Shown piece by piece: positions 38,248 to 51,345 of a stretch of DNA of 64,000 bases. The notes beneath the pieces are model-generated. The model made no database searches and was not told where the DNA came from. It worked only from the letters and a program-made list of their open reading frames with translations. Numbering within the stretch: position 1 is the stretch's first letter; every line of letters starts with the position of its first letter. The stretch is from Octopus sinensis. Taxonomy: Eukaryota. Position numbers and translations under genes: made by a program. The DNA lies in contig NC_043004.1 of assembly GCF_006345805.1 (NCBI RefSeq), positions 96,348,001 to 96,412,000 on the forward strand. Reading direction: 5' to 3'.

Positions 38248-41200
38248 TTATAGATCAAGCCTTTCCAGGGGTTTCCGAATTCTTTGAGATCGACGTAGTT
38301 GAGGGATTTCAGTTAGATCTCTGTCTGACTCATGAGGGACCACATATTTCTGGATTAAGTCATCAGTAGGGTTAATTTTTCTTGATGCCAATTGTTTCGT
38401 AAATACTGTGGTTTCTAGGTAACGAACGTGGGCGTATTGGGGGTTGGCTTCGATCAAATCAACTTGGTCAACGATAGGGTCATACTTGCTATTGCGATTG
38501 TTCTTTTGCACAAGCACAGGTCCTGAGTTGAGAAGCCATGTTGGCATAGATGTTCCTGTAGCTTAAAGTCTTTGATAGTTAAAGAGACATTCATGAAGAG
38601 CGGCGCTGGTGGACGTCCAAACAAGAGATCCAATTGAAGGCATCGAGTCTGGAAGAAATGTTTCCAATGAATATACTGGAAGGGCATGAAATTTCAAAGA
38701 GGGTAGTACTGATTTCCAAATAATATCATTATATCTTGCTACTTGCTACTGCGTTTCCAAATAATATCATTATATCTTGCTACTGCGTCGGCTGCGGGGT
38801 CATTCCGATAAGCTCTACTTGCGACGATTTCATCTCAATCGAAGGAGAGGAGCTTTCTCCGTCCGGGTTGCGGATCCGTGGAACAAGCTGCCAGACGAGA
38901 TGGTGAAGATGCCGACGACCGCTTTGTTCAAAGTCTCCCTTGACCACAAATGGCCTGAACTCTTTGCATGAACACCACCCTGTACTTAACTCCATGTCCC
39001 CCTACATGGCCTTGCTATTTGCTTTTGAGCCAAAATTAACTAACTAACTAACTAACTAACTAACTACTGGATTGTTCCCGGTGGGATTGTACGGTGGTGC
39101 CCTACTTGTTGCCTTGCCCTTACTAAGGAGCCATTCTCTCAATTTCGTAGACATAAAGGCAGTTCCATGATCGGAATGTACATAACTAGGGATACCGAAA
39201 ACTGAAAACAAATCTGTAAAATATTTTATTACAGTCTGAGCTGATGTATCAGATGCTGGATGACCAAACGGAAGCCGAGAGTATTCGTCAACGATTGTTA
39301 GAAGATAAGGATGCTTCGTGGAAGAAATCAGGCCTTTAAAATCGATTGAAATTCGCTCGAATGACTGAATGGGTGCGTGGATTTAATTAAGTCAACTAAG
39401 TTTTGTTTATAATATTCTGGCTTCACTTCTTGACATATAGAGCAATTCCTACATATTTGTTTCACGTTCTCTAACGAATATGGAAGATTTCTACTGCGGA
39501 CGAAATGATGAAAGCGTATTGCACCAGAATGGTACAGTACCGCATGTAACTCATAAAGTGAATGTGAACTGACTGCTGAACAGCGTACCCTAGTGAATGC
39601 ATCTGGAGTGATGTTGCTGGCTCCTGGGTAATAGTGAATATCATATGAGTATGGAGATGACGCAATGCACCATCTCATAATTTTATCATTTTTAATTTTA
39701 CTCGTCTCTTTATAATTATACATGAATGTAACTGAACGTTGATCATTAATTAATGTGAACTCTCTACCTAGGAGAAAGTGTCTCCAATGATGAATTAATT
39801 CGATAATTGCATGAGCTTCTTTTTCAACAGAGGAGTGGTACTGTTCGCTACCTTGTAGCATGCGAGAATGGAATGCGACAGGTCTTCCATCTTGATTTAG
39901 TGTCGCAGATATGGCAAAATCCGAAGCAACCGTCTCAATAGTAAATGGAATGTTCTCGTCTACTATTGGAATGGCAGCATTAAGTAGTTCTATCTTAAAT
40001 GACTCAAATGCTTTTACTTGTTGGTTTTTTAGAAGAAATTTTGATACGTTATTGAGAGGATATATTTGGTCAGAAAATTTGGAAATCCACTTAGCATAAT
40101 AAGAAAGCATACCGACTATTCATTTTAAGGATTCCTGGTCGGTCGGTGTAGGAAGAATGAGGAGTGGAACAAGCCTTTCTGAGTCAGGAGTGAGGGTATT
40201 GTGCGAGATACGGTGTCCAAGAAAGTCAAGTGGTGTTGTTGAGTAAACGCATTTCTCTTCATCCATGGTGAACCCCTCACTTTTTGCTGCTATTTCAACT
40301 TTTTCTAAGTTCTTATCGTGGTCGTTTTGATCTTTCCCACATATTGTTAGATTGTCTATGAATGTGAACGTATCTCGCAGCTTGTATTTACTCTCAAAGT
40401 CATCCATTATATGCTGGAAACATGCACTGCCGTTACTTACTCTGAATGGCATCCTAGTATAATGCCATAATTTACCGTCAGCTTCAGAGGCAGTGAATCG
40501 ACGATCTTCATCTGATAAAGGAATCTGATGGTATGCTGAACGTAAGTCTATAGTACTGTAGACTTTATAGTTGGCGATAGTGTTTCCTAACTAATTGATT
40601 TTAGGAAGATGCTAGGCGTCAAGCTGTGTATATTTGTTAATTGTCTCTGAATATTCAATCACCATTCTTTGCTTTTTTTTTTTCTTGAAAAACTAGCACT
40701 TGTGATCTCCAAGGTAAGTTACTGGGTTCAATGATTTTCGCACCTGCAGGGCGGCGTATTTCTGTCTTGATGAACTCTCAATCACGTTCCGAGTATTTTC
40801 GCGATTTGGTTGCAATAGGCTTGCAGTCCTTCCTGAGATGTGCGAATAATTTTGAGGAATCAGTTTTCATAGCTGTTTGCGCAGTAAATGTTAATGGTGG
40901 TTTCTGCCCTTTGTATTGTATGGTAATACTTTCGTGCTGTTCTTGGAAATTAGTACCCAGAATTAGGTCAGTGCACAAGTTCCTGAGGACGTACAATTTC
41001 GCATTATAGTACTTCTGATTATTCAGGGTTAGTGAAACAGTGCAGTAACCCTTGGATTCCGCAGAAAGGGATGCAGAAGCCATACCAACGATGTTCTGTT
41101 CTTCAATTTGACCGTTTTGATGTTGAAAGTGTTCACTAGCTTCTCACTAATGAAACTCTTATCAGTGCTACTGCTATCAATTAATGCTTTGGCTTTGTAA

Positions 41201-41470
41201 ATATTGTTCAGTATAACCATGGGGTTACTCGGAAGGGTGAACCTGTTGATACTGATACTGCTAATCGTAGATCGTATTTATCATCTTCATGTGTCACTGT
41301 TGTTGCGTTGCTCCAACAAAGTTTTCCAAAATGCTCTATTTTTTGGCATTTGTGACAGACTGCTTTTCGCTCAGGACAACGAGTCCGCAGGTGTCTGGAA
41401 TAGCCCCAGAAAATTCTAGCAGTTACCAGTTTATTTTGTATAGCGTTACTTTATATTTTAATCACCATAT
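38248..41470 (-). pseudogene. Decayed Ty3/Gypsy gag-pol (zinc knuckle, protease, RT, RNase H, integrase)
   Basis: CHKCQKIEHFGKLC; ALIDSSS; DLRSAYHQIPL; MPFRVSNGSACFQ; FIDNLTICG; ASDFAISATLNQDGRPVAF; H..H..CSIC; integrase core. PBS-like TGGTGA near 41467. Multiple stops and frameshifts. Confidence 0.95.
38786..39064 (+). mobile_element. CR1-type LINE 3' end inserted in the Gypsy integrase
   Basis: LRGHSDKLYLRRFHLNRRRGAFSVRVADPWNKLP...LDHKW*, a short 3' UTR and a (TAAC)n tail. Confidence 0.85.
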
Positions 41471-41635
41471 AGATTCTAAAAGGAGATTGGTGATTATTCA
41501 ACCTGTCCTTAAAGTTCATTGCCCCATCACATTTGTCTATGTTCTATTCCATTGGCATAAGTGGACACAACACTACTTCTGCTTCGTGGACTTCGGTTTC
41601 GGTGTTGACTTGACCGTTCACTGAACACTCACTGT

Positions 41636-42011
41636 TGGAAGCACTCCGTCGGTTACGACGACGAGGGTTCCGGTCGATCCGAATCAACGGAACAGCCTGC
41701 TCGTGAAATTAACGTGTAAGTGGCTGAGCACTCCATAGACACGGGTACCCTTAACATAGTTCTCGGGGATATTCAGCGTGACACAGAGAGTGACAAGGCC
41801 GGCCCTTTGAAATACAGGTATAACAGAAACAGGAAGTAAGAGTGAGAGAAAGTTGTGGTGAAAGAGTACAGCAGGGATCACCACCATCCCCTGCCGGAGC
41901 GTCGTGGAGCTTTAGGTGTTTTTCGCTCAATAAACACTCACAACGCCCGGTCTGGGAATCGAAACCGCGATCCTATGACCGCGAGTCCGCTGCCCTAACC
42001 ACTGGGCCATT
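41636..42011 (-). mobile_element. SINE family C
   Basis: Full length; TSD ACACTCACTGT. Confidence 0.9.
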
Positions 42012-42368
42012 GCGCCTCCACTACACTCACTGTAACCCACACGTGAGTGTCCTGCCTCTGTCTTCAGATTTAGACTACACACCAAACGAAAGGATGCTGT
42101 AAGTCAACCCAGCCTCCTTTGATCCGTCTATAGTGTCTAAAAACTTGTTAAAAGTGTCAGTAGGAGAATCTCGAGCCTAACATTCAATAAAGATGTCTTC
42201 GACACAACAGTCCTCTATTATAGAAGCCAGCAGTTCGGAAGAATGCATCAGATATATACCCACTTATAAGAGCTACAAAATAAAGCACCACCAAAATGTC
42301 TAAATATATTATAACATACTTTCATGGTATCAAAGACTTTTCCACCATTTTGCTGATGCCAACATGCA

Positions 42369-42406
<38 letters not shown>

Positions 42407-42954
42407 ACACACACACACACAATCACACACACATATATATATATATAAATATTTGCAGCTATTCACTATGGTGATAGCCTAATTAATGACTGACTTATAT
42501 GGCAGCTGAATATTCTCTACTATTCATTGGAGAAAAAACTGAGTACTTTTTCTGAGGTGCAGGCAGCCAGCTGCGAAACAGCTCGTCAGAAGAGCTTCCA
42601 CTTTTTCTAATACATGGCAAAATAGAAGGAAAATTTGTACTTTTTTATTTCTCTCAGCTAAGGTTTCTAATATTTAATTATATATAAGGAGACAAAAGAC
42701 GTTGCGTTCTATATTCGACTTCGCCTTTCATCGATAGAATAGGAAACATTTGAACATTGGGATTGAGTTAATCGACTTACCTCTCCTCCAAAATTGTTGG
42801 TTTTACGTCGAAATTTGAAACCAATATTTAATTTTACACACACACACACAACACACACACACACATACACACACACAAACGCACACACGCACACACACAC
42901 ATGCACAAGCTCATCTCAGTAACAAAGAGTACTCCTTTTAGATCTTGCAGTAAA

Positions 42955-43120
42955 TCTATTATATAAAATCCGTTGTGTGTGTGTATCTTCTAGGATCTCG
43001 GGCATCCTCCATCCGATTGCACTCAAATTTGATATGTAGATACCGACGGTATCAGGGCGTGTATAAGTCTTAAAAAACTTTAAAAAATCGATTCCAGGTG
43101 AGAATGCGATCGATAAAGTG
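42955..43120 (+). mobile_element. Possible 5' fragment of another non-autonomous Helitron
   Basis: A|TCTATTATATAAAATCCGTTGTGTGTG start; no hairpin-CTRR end found. Confidence 0.35.
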
Positions 43121-45029
43121 AATAAAATCGTTTTTCTTTGGAATAGAAAACAGTCAATCTTTATTTCTTCTTTTGCTGGTGTCTCAAATTTGGGTTAAAT
43201 CAGTGCTTCTCAAAGAGGAGGCCTATGGGACGGTCGGACAAGTTGTTTTGAGAAAATTTGGTTTAAATGTTTGACAACTCAGCACCATCCATTGGACGGG
43301 GGGGGGGGGGTGATCGTATAAGTACAGCGTCAATTGGGCATAATATTTTGCAGAGTGACTTGAATATATATATTTCTTTAATATGTGAGGTATTGCAAAA
43401 ATATATTTCTTCGTATGTAATTTCTTTTTCATTCTATGTAATTTGTTTCCTTCTCTGTGATATGTCAGAACAGTGTAAAAGTATAAGACATCTAAGTGGC
43501 GAGGGATTAAGCTTGGTTAGTTTGGCAGTGAAGGATTAGCGTTACAGCTTTGCTACTTGACAGGTACATCACATCATGTCTACATAAATCTAACAATTCC
43601 TGATGAAAACCAATCACTGCTGAGTAGAGTGAGTTAATACTAAGCCAAAGTGTGCGACGAATTATGATGACAGTGATAAGAAAGACGATTAAACTGGATA
43701 AAAAGAAACATTATGTTGATAATGACAAAGATTACAATAACTATTTTTATTACGACTCTATCAGTCGAAATGGTCAGCACCTATCACCCGTAATGCTCTT
43801 TCGTCACTGACACATAAAAAAGAAACTGTTTTTAACCGTACACTCGTACACTGTCCACCTACAAGTAAATGGAAGAACTAGAGATGAAAATATGTACATT
43901 ATTGTCAAGAATGGGATGCAAGAAAACCTGATAACCTAGTCTTTATTTATGTAAAATGACAAAACCAATACCAGCTCTAAAATGGACATCTCTATTTCTA
44001 GCTCCACAATTCATATTTCTTTTCATATTTTCTATAACTTTCTCCAGCCGTCACCTTCTTAACACCAACTAAGAAATACAACGAGTTATAATTTACTGGC
44101 ATACAAGAAATTTATAGTTTTATGTGCTTGCATATCAAAGGGTAAATCTGTTATCTGGCAAAATTTGGAAATATTTTATGCCAAATCTTGTGACATGTTA
44201 CAACACCGTAACACCCACTTTGTCTTCCTGTCTCTGTTCTACAGTTATTCTCCACTTTCCTCTCTTCTAAGAGTGAACTTATCTACTCTCTTTATAACTA
44301 TTTTTTGTGCTTTTAGTTAAATTAAGATATTGTGTTAAAATCTGAGTCAGAAATAGATTTTAGCAATCAAGGTAATTGTCAAGATTTCCTAATACATAGT
44401 TCCAGCTCTAGAAACAGGGTTAAAAATAAATTATTGCCACAACTAATTCTCTCATTCCTTCAAATGCAGCTAGTAGTAGATATTACTACTGCTACATCCA
44501 CCATGAGACACACCATGAGAGCTGGATTATAAGAGTTTTGATCTGGAGCCGTTGTCCCTATTATGACAGTGATCATGACAACGATAGTCTAAATGGACTA
44601 TAGAGTAGCAAATAAGTATAACTCGCTGCTGTTCATGCAAATGAAGCCAATGTAATAAGTACCATAAAATAAGCACTGTGGTCGATTTGATTGACCGACC
44701 CTACAAGGTGGTGCTCTAGTACAAGCGAAACAAGTAACAGAATAAAACAATGATACTAATGCTACAACTTCAAATAATAATGATGAAATCTCCCATAGAA
44801 GACAACGAATGAGTATTCAGTTTTTTGCCGAACGACCTGCACAAATGATTTGTTTATAGTGATCAAATGTATATGATGTACATAAGCACAATCCTTCTAT
44901 CAAATCGACATTGTCTGAACAGGTTCACGGTGCACCACGAGTCATGGAGTCGAAGTGATCGCTGAGCAATGTGAGATGAAGTGTTTTGCTCAAGAACACA
45001 AAGCATCACTTGATCTTGTTGTTTGTTCC

Positions 45030-45319
45030 TCCTCGAGACATGCCTGGCTCATAAGGGCCGGTTTCCCGGTTTCCTTGGCGTATAGGTTCCCCACCTGGGC
45101 GGGAGCCAGTCCATCGCAGGTGAGCTGCAAGATGCAGGAAGAAAGAGTGAGAGAAAGCTGTGGCGAAAAAGTCAGCAGAAGTTTCGCCATTACCTTCTGC
45201 CGGAGCCGCGTGGAGCTTAGGTGTTTCGCTCATAAACACACACATCGTCCGGTCTGAGATTCGAACTCGCGATCCCTCGACTGCGAGTCCGTTGCTCTAA
45301 CCACTAGACCATGTGCCTT
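45030..45319 (-). mobile_element. Sister SINE of family C (same tRNA-like head, different tail)
   Basis: Head GGCACATGGTCTAGTGGTTAGAGC...GTTCGAATCTCAGACCGG; the tail is unrelated to family C. Confidence 0.8.
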
Positions 45320-45467
45320 ACACCACTTGATCTAGAAACTAAAACCACGATATCATGATCGTAAGTGCAACAGCCTAATCACAAGTCCGTATATTTTATT
45401 TTAAAATTGACATGGAAAGGAAGTGTCAATCTACTGATGCATCAGTCTCAATAGACAATGGTGGATG

Positions 45468-45848
45468 GAAGCACTCCGTCGGTTACGACGACGAGGGTTC
45501 CGGTTGATCCGATCAACGGAACAGCCTGCTCGTGAAATTAACGTGTAAGTGGCTGAGCACTCCACAGACACGTGTACCCTTAACGTAGTTCTCAGGGATA
45601 TTCAGCGTGACACAGAGAGTGACAACGCCGGCCCTTTGAAATACAGGTACAACAGAAACAGGAAGTAAGAGTGAGAGAAAGTTGTGGTGAAAGAGTACAG
45701 CAGGGATCACCACCATCCCCTGCCGGAGCGTCGTGGAGCTTTAGGTGTTTTCGCTCAATAAACACTCACAACGCCCGGTCTGGGAATCGAAACCGCGATC
45801 CTACGACCGCGAGTCCGCTGCTCTAACCACTGGGCCATTGCGCCTCCA
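45468..45848 (-). mobile_element. SINE family C
   Basis: Full length; TCAATAGACAAT duplicated on both flanks. Confidence 0.9.
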
Positions 45849-46222
45849 CGTCAATAGACAATAATAGATCAGGAAAAGAAATGCAGGAATTCACCATGCA
45901 TATAAATCTGGAAGTATCTAGAGCTGTACTGTGAGAGTTCAATCGGAAACAACCCCTTAGAAATTATTTAAAATATGCAACAGAATACATGACCAAAACC
46001 CCAGGATTTCTGATATACACTACATGCAGAAAACTACTCTACGAGACTCATTTCACATAAATAGAGTACTTTACAACAGACAGGGCTTTCTTTAGTTGCT
46101 ATTTTGAAGGCAGACTAAATGCTCTTTGAAGGGTAAATTTGTTTTTTTTTCTTCCTTGCTTGTTCTTAAGCAAATTTCTCAAGCAAGATGATAAATCCTT
46201 TTGTGACAGACTGCTCTCTCAC

Positions 46223-46293
46223 CACCACTGATTGGATCCGATCTATATCCAGAAATCTACTTGTGATAAGTAATGTTGCCAAAAACTGTGCTT
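46223..46293 (-). CDS. Candidate internal exon (71 nt)
   Basis: Acceptor ATGACTTTCATAG| and donor GTG|GTGAGA; open frame xAQFLATLLITSRFLDIDRIQSVV. Confidence 0.25.
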
Positions 46294-47399
46294 CTATGAA
46301 AGTCATTTTATATTCTAGTTTTGCAAAATGTATGTATGTCTATTATTGTTGATGTTTTTAAACTTATTGCTTGCAGTGTTTATGACAGTGTCATTGTCCG
46401 TTGAAATGTTATTAATTTATAACTGTGTGCGTGTGTGCGTGTGTGTGTGTGTGTGTATGTGTGTGTGTTGGTGAGTGCGTATGTGTTATCTTACTGTAAA
46501 ATATTTTTGTATGATTTCGTTTTTTCTGTTTATTTTCTATTTTCTTTCTAGTTGCTTCAGCTTCAGTTTTTTTTTTAAAGAATACTGTTTCTATGTCTCT
46601 ATGTCTCGTGGCTATTTTCGTTAATGTGTACAAGAAAAATTTATAAAGAAATATTTTTTGTTTCTGTCCCCACTCCAAGGCAGGGACAAAATTACAGGAA
46701 TACCATTTTATGTAGCAGGTCTACAATATGACGGAGAAAAAGACATCCAATTGTCATAAAAACTTGGTAAATTGCAAATCCAAGCAAGAGCCTTAACATG
46801 TCTTGTTATTGCGATTTACAACAATAATAACAAGAATAACAAAACAACCATAACAATTACTGTTTTTGATTAGGTATAAAGATAGCTATTTTGAGGGAAG
46901 TGTGTTAGTCGGTACCATTGGGTCATCGTTTCTAACTGAAACGCGAGGAGAAGAGTGATGTGAGGAGTTAGTAATTAGATCAATCGTAGAATAGTAATAC
47001 CTCAGCTAGCATTCTAGATTCTTTCTTAAAAACGCAGCGTTAAACAGGATCATTATGACTAAGTAAAAATAGAGATACGATCTTAGCGGGCAAATTTAAC
47101 AGTGATATATACACAAGTAAAGATGATAATGATCATCAAATGATTGAAAAATATAGAAACTTGCTGTTGCACAGTCCAAACATTGCGTTATTTGAGTCTT
47201 CTCTCACGAAGTAACTCGCAGTAGCAAAATATGCTCAGAAGTCTCTGAGATACTACAGTACTCACAAGGTGGCTGCTCGTAGGTAAAATTAGTTGGGGTG
47301 CTGCTTCAGATAATTCTTAACCGTTGTTTCAATATTGTGTAAAAAGAAAATTTATACATAAAATTGATCAGTTCGCGTTTTAGCCACTGCTAAGTAGTA

Positions 47400-47790
47400 T
47401 ACTCTTTTACTTGTTTCAGTCATTTGACTGCAGCCATGCTGGAGCACCGCCTTTAGTCGAGCAAATCGACCCCGGGACTTATTCTTTGTAAGCCCAGTAC
47501 TTATTCTATCGGTCTCTTTTGCCGAACCGCTAAGTGACGGGAACGTAAACACTCCAGCATCGGTTGTCAATCAATGCTAGGGGGACAAACACAGACACAC
47601 AAACACACACACATATATATATATATACGACAGGCTTCTTTCAGTTTCCCTCTACCAAATCCACTCACAAGGCATTGGTCGGCCCGGGGCTATAGCAGAA
47701 GACACTTGCCCAAGATGCCACGCAGTGGGACTGAACCTGGAACCATGTGGTTGGTAAGCAAGCTACTTACCACACAGCCACTCCTGCGCC
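47400..47790 (-). mobile_element. SINE family A
   Basis: Full-length reverse-complement copy. Confidence 0.9.
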
Positions 47791-48528
47791 TATATTTAAT
47801 TTGTTTACTGAACACCGCCGCGAATTCCCTTTTATTTTTCAAAAATCTCCCCTAAATCACAAAATAATTATTACTCTGACCTTGATTGATTTTAAGATCA
47901 CAAATAGATGCAGTTTTGATATTCCGTCACTGGCCGCAGTATTTCACAATAACAAATAAGCATTGGCTTCATCTTGTCGGCTTGGGGCTTTTTTAAAGTA
48001 TAATTACGACGTAACAATGTGGAAGAGTCTTTTCCTCGCCTTGACCCCCAGAAGCCATTTTGACTTCTCAGGCCATAAAAGTAATGAAAAATATTTTTTT
48101 ACTGAAAAGTTATTTGCCAAAATCAAAAATACTCTTAAGATTCTTTGGATACTGCTTGGCTGCCTGAATATCTGTGTTTGCAACTCCATATATAGATATT
48201 ATTTGAACGTTTGAATCTATGAAGCCAACCGGTTTTGCAGTGAATTATTATTATTATTATTTATGGGTTTTTCTTATTCTTTTAAATTTGCTTCCATTTC
48301 TTGCTGAGTGTCTTCCCGACTCCTAGGGCAAAGAAACTCATAGTATACATTGGTAGGCCACATTTTTTTTTTGATAGAAATAAAGTTAAATTAAAATACA
48401 TGGGTAGTAATAGTTCTCACATCAACAATGCTCTTCTCAATACGTGTAATGTACCAGTGAAGACAAACTTTTACACTTCTTGCAGGGATGGTAAGCCAGG
48501 GATCATTCTCATATAATTTTCGGTTCCC

Positions 48529-48575
<47 letters not shown>

Positions 48576-48593
48576 TTCAATATTATTATTATT

Positions 48594-49150
48594 ATTGAGT
48601 AAAAGAGCAGTGCATCCATCAAAGTGACACTGGGGTAAAATATACGAAGCCCAGTATACCCATCATGACAACCCGTCTGATAAGGGTACACCAGGCACAT
48701 GCATCACAACCATATGTGCGCGACACGGTGATCTCATATCAAGATAAACAGCACATGACATTGCAAGTGGGGACCAGTTAGAATTTTCTTCTGGTCGAGT
48801 TGTCCCTCCCGCTCAAAAGGTCCTTGAATAAGGATTGTTTAAGGATGTTGAACGAACGACCCATGTTTCCAAAGGTGAATTATCCAAACCTCTAAGAATT
48901 CCTTTCAACACACGACTATGATGCTCCCCCACTACTTCTGCTCGTGTTCAGAGATGCACATGTCGTCAGCCACTAATGGACATGGTCAACTGGTTAAGAT
49001 CAAACAACTGACATGAAAATCTGTGGTATTGAACAGAATATTTGCTGTAGCCCATCTTTTATACCAAGACAAAACAATGTACATGATAACACTTCCAGTC
49101 AGTTAAGATCAGAAGCCATGAGAGCCACTGCCTGGTACTGCATCAGGGCA
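48594..49150 (-). mobile_element. Repeat family E (about 560 bp, flanked by (AAT)n)
   Basis: Reverse complement of the 60890-62023 units; (TTA)n on both sides. Confidence 0.85.
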
Positions 49151-49504
49151 TTTTATTATTATTATTATCATTATTATTATTATTATTATTATCATTATAC
49201 TAGGAATTGTAACGTGCTCCTGTAATCCAGTTAATCGGAGGTTTGGTTAGCAAGCCAATTTGAGAATGGGAGTCCAAAAAATTAGTCTTCTATTGTGATC
49301 GGCGTCCACGCTAGACCCAGAATCAGTATGGTGCTGACGAGGGAGCCCATTAGGACCAAAAGGTCTAAAGAAGTTCAATTCAACCTAGAGTGGAACCGCA
49401 GCAGGCAAGACAACCCGTATTAAGAGATAGTGGGACTGCACCAGTCAATAGTCGTCGCCTGGCAACAGGTTCAATATAAACGAATTCTAATTTCTAACTT
49501 CCAA

Positions 49505-49722
49505 AGGTGGCGAGTTGGCAGAATTGCTAGTGCACCGGACAAAAGTCTTAGCGGCATTTATTCCGGCTTTATGTTCTGAATTCAAATGCTTTCCAAGTCG
49601 ACTTTGCTTTTCATCCTTTCAGGTTCGATAAACTAAGTACCAGTTGAGCGCTGGAGTCGATGTAATCGTGTGACCTCTTCCACAGTGTTTCAGACCTTGC
49701 GCCTATAGGAAAAATTATTATA
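49505..49722 (+). mobile_element. SINE family B, diverged
   Basis: GGTGGCGAGTTGGCAG...GTCGACTTTGCTTTTCATCCTTTC. Confidence 0.8.
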
Positions 49723-49825
49723 GAATTATTATGATTATAGTAATTAGTGTTATCGTTGTTTTCCAAATATTTACTCTTTGAAAAAATCACTTTTGCTGTA
49801 TACAGAGTAGAAACTTACAGAGCAT

Positions 49826-50250
49826 AGGCGTAGGAGTGGCTGTGTGGTAAGTAGCTTGCTTACCAGCCACATGGTTCTGGGTTCAGTCCCATTGCGTGGT
49901 ACCTTGGGCAAGTGTCTTTTACTATAGCCTCGGGCTGACCAACGCCTTGTGACTGGTTTTGGTTGACGGAAACTGAAAGAAGCCCGTCGTATATATGTAT
50001 ATATATATATATATATATGTGTATGTGTATATGTTTGTGTGTCTGTGTTTGTCCCTCCCCACCAACATCGCTTGACAACCGATGCTCGTGTGTTTACGTC
50101 CCCGTAACTTAGAGGTTCGGCAAAAGAGACCGATATAATAAGTACTAAGCTTACAAAGAATAAGTCCTGGGTTCGATTTATTTGACTAAAGGCGGTGCTC
50201 CAGCATGACCTCAGTCAAATGACTGAAACAAGTGAAAGAGTAAAAGAGTT
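49826..50250 (+). mobile_element. SINE family A
   Basis: Full-length copy. Confidence 0.9.
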
Positions 50251-51047
50251 AAAGCGAGTTACACAGTGGAGTTACAGAGTAGAAACTTATATTTTGCCTT
50301 CATTTTTCATGATGCTTCTAATCATTGACGTGCCAAGATTTACTCTCATAGGCCTGACATTCACCAGCAATTTTGAATGCAGTGTAATGTTTTATCTCGG
50401 TTCCTTAGGTGAACTTTCAGCACTTAGAGTTGCAGACCATTTTCCATTCGGGGTGTGATAAAAAAATGCTAACGATTTGATTGTATGTGAGAATATTCAT
50501 GGGTGTGAATAAGTGTCTTAGATTCCTTCATAATTTCAAATTCTAGAAAAAAAGACATTCATTTTCACTTTCGTGAGACAACAGTCAGCTAGGCAAGAAG
50601 GAAAGCATTCCTGTTCGTAGTCTTTTTTATCTTCCTTACTTTTATGCTTCGACAAATTTTCTGCAACTACAACTATTGTTCTCACTTCACATTTAAACAA
50701 CATTCATCATGGAACAAAACTGAAGTCTTAAAGCAACAAATTATAGAATGAGAACACGGCACATGTAAAGAATGAGAAAAGAAAAGAAAAAGCGAGAGAA
50801 TGATAGAAAAAGGTGCCGAGAAAAAGTGTCACACGGATGTAAAACAGATAAAATATTTGTAGTTGCCAAAAATTTGTAGAACTGTAAAAAGATAAAATCG
50901 ACAAGACGAAACTGGAATACTTTTCTTGTCTTATTAATTCCTGCCGCATGGAAGCGAAAGTAAAAGAGAAAGCAAAATGACTTTCTTCCGAAAATAAGAA
51001 TAATGAAGGAACGTCAAGAACTGTGAGCCACATTCATAAATACTCTT

Positions 51048-51108
51048 ACCAAAGCCTTGTGAGTGGATTTGGTAGACGGAATCTGAAAAGAAGCCCGTCG
51101 TATATATG

Positions 51109-51141
<33 letters not shown>

Positions 51142-51345
51142 GCGTGTTTGTGTTTGTCCCTCTAGCATTGCTTGACAACTGATGTTGGTGTGTTTATGTC
51201 CCCCGTCACTTAGCGGTTCGGCAAAAGAGACCGATAAAATAAGTACTGGGCTTACAAAAGAATAAGTCCCGGGGTCGAGTTGCTCGATTAAAGGCGGTGC
51301 TCCAGCATGGCCGCAGTCAAATGACTGAAACAAGTGAAAGAGAGA
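51048..51345 (+). mobile_element. SINE family A, 5'-truncated
   Basis: Begins at ACCAAAGCCTTGTGAGTGG. Confidence 0.85.

Noticed and set aside
43201-43260. CAGTGCTTCTCAAA, a hAT-like terminus
   Set aside because: No matching second terminus or 8-bp TSD found.
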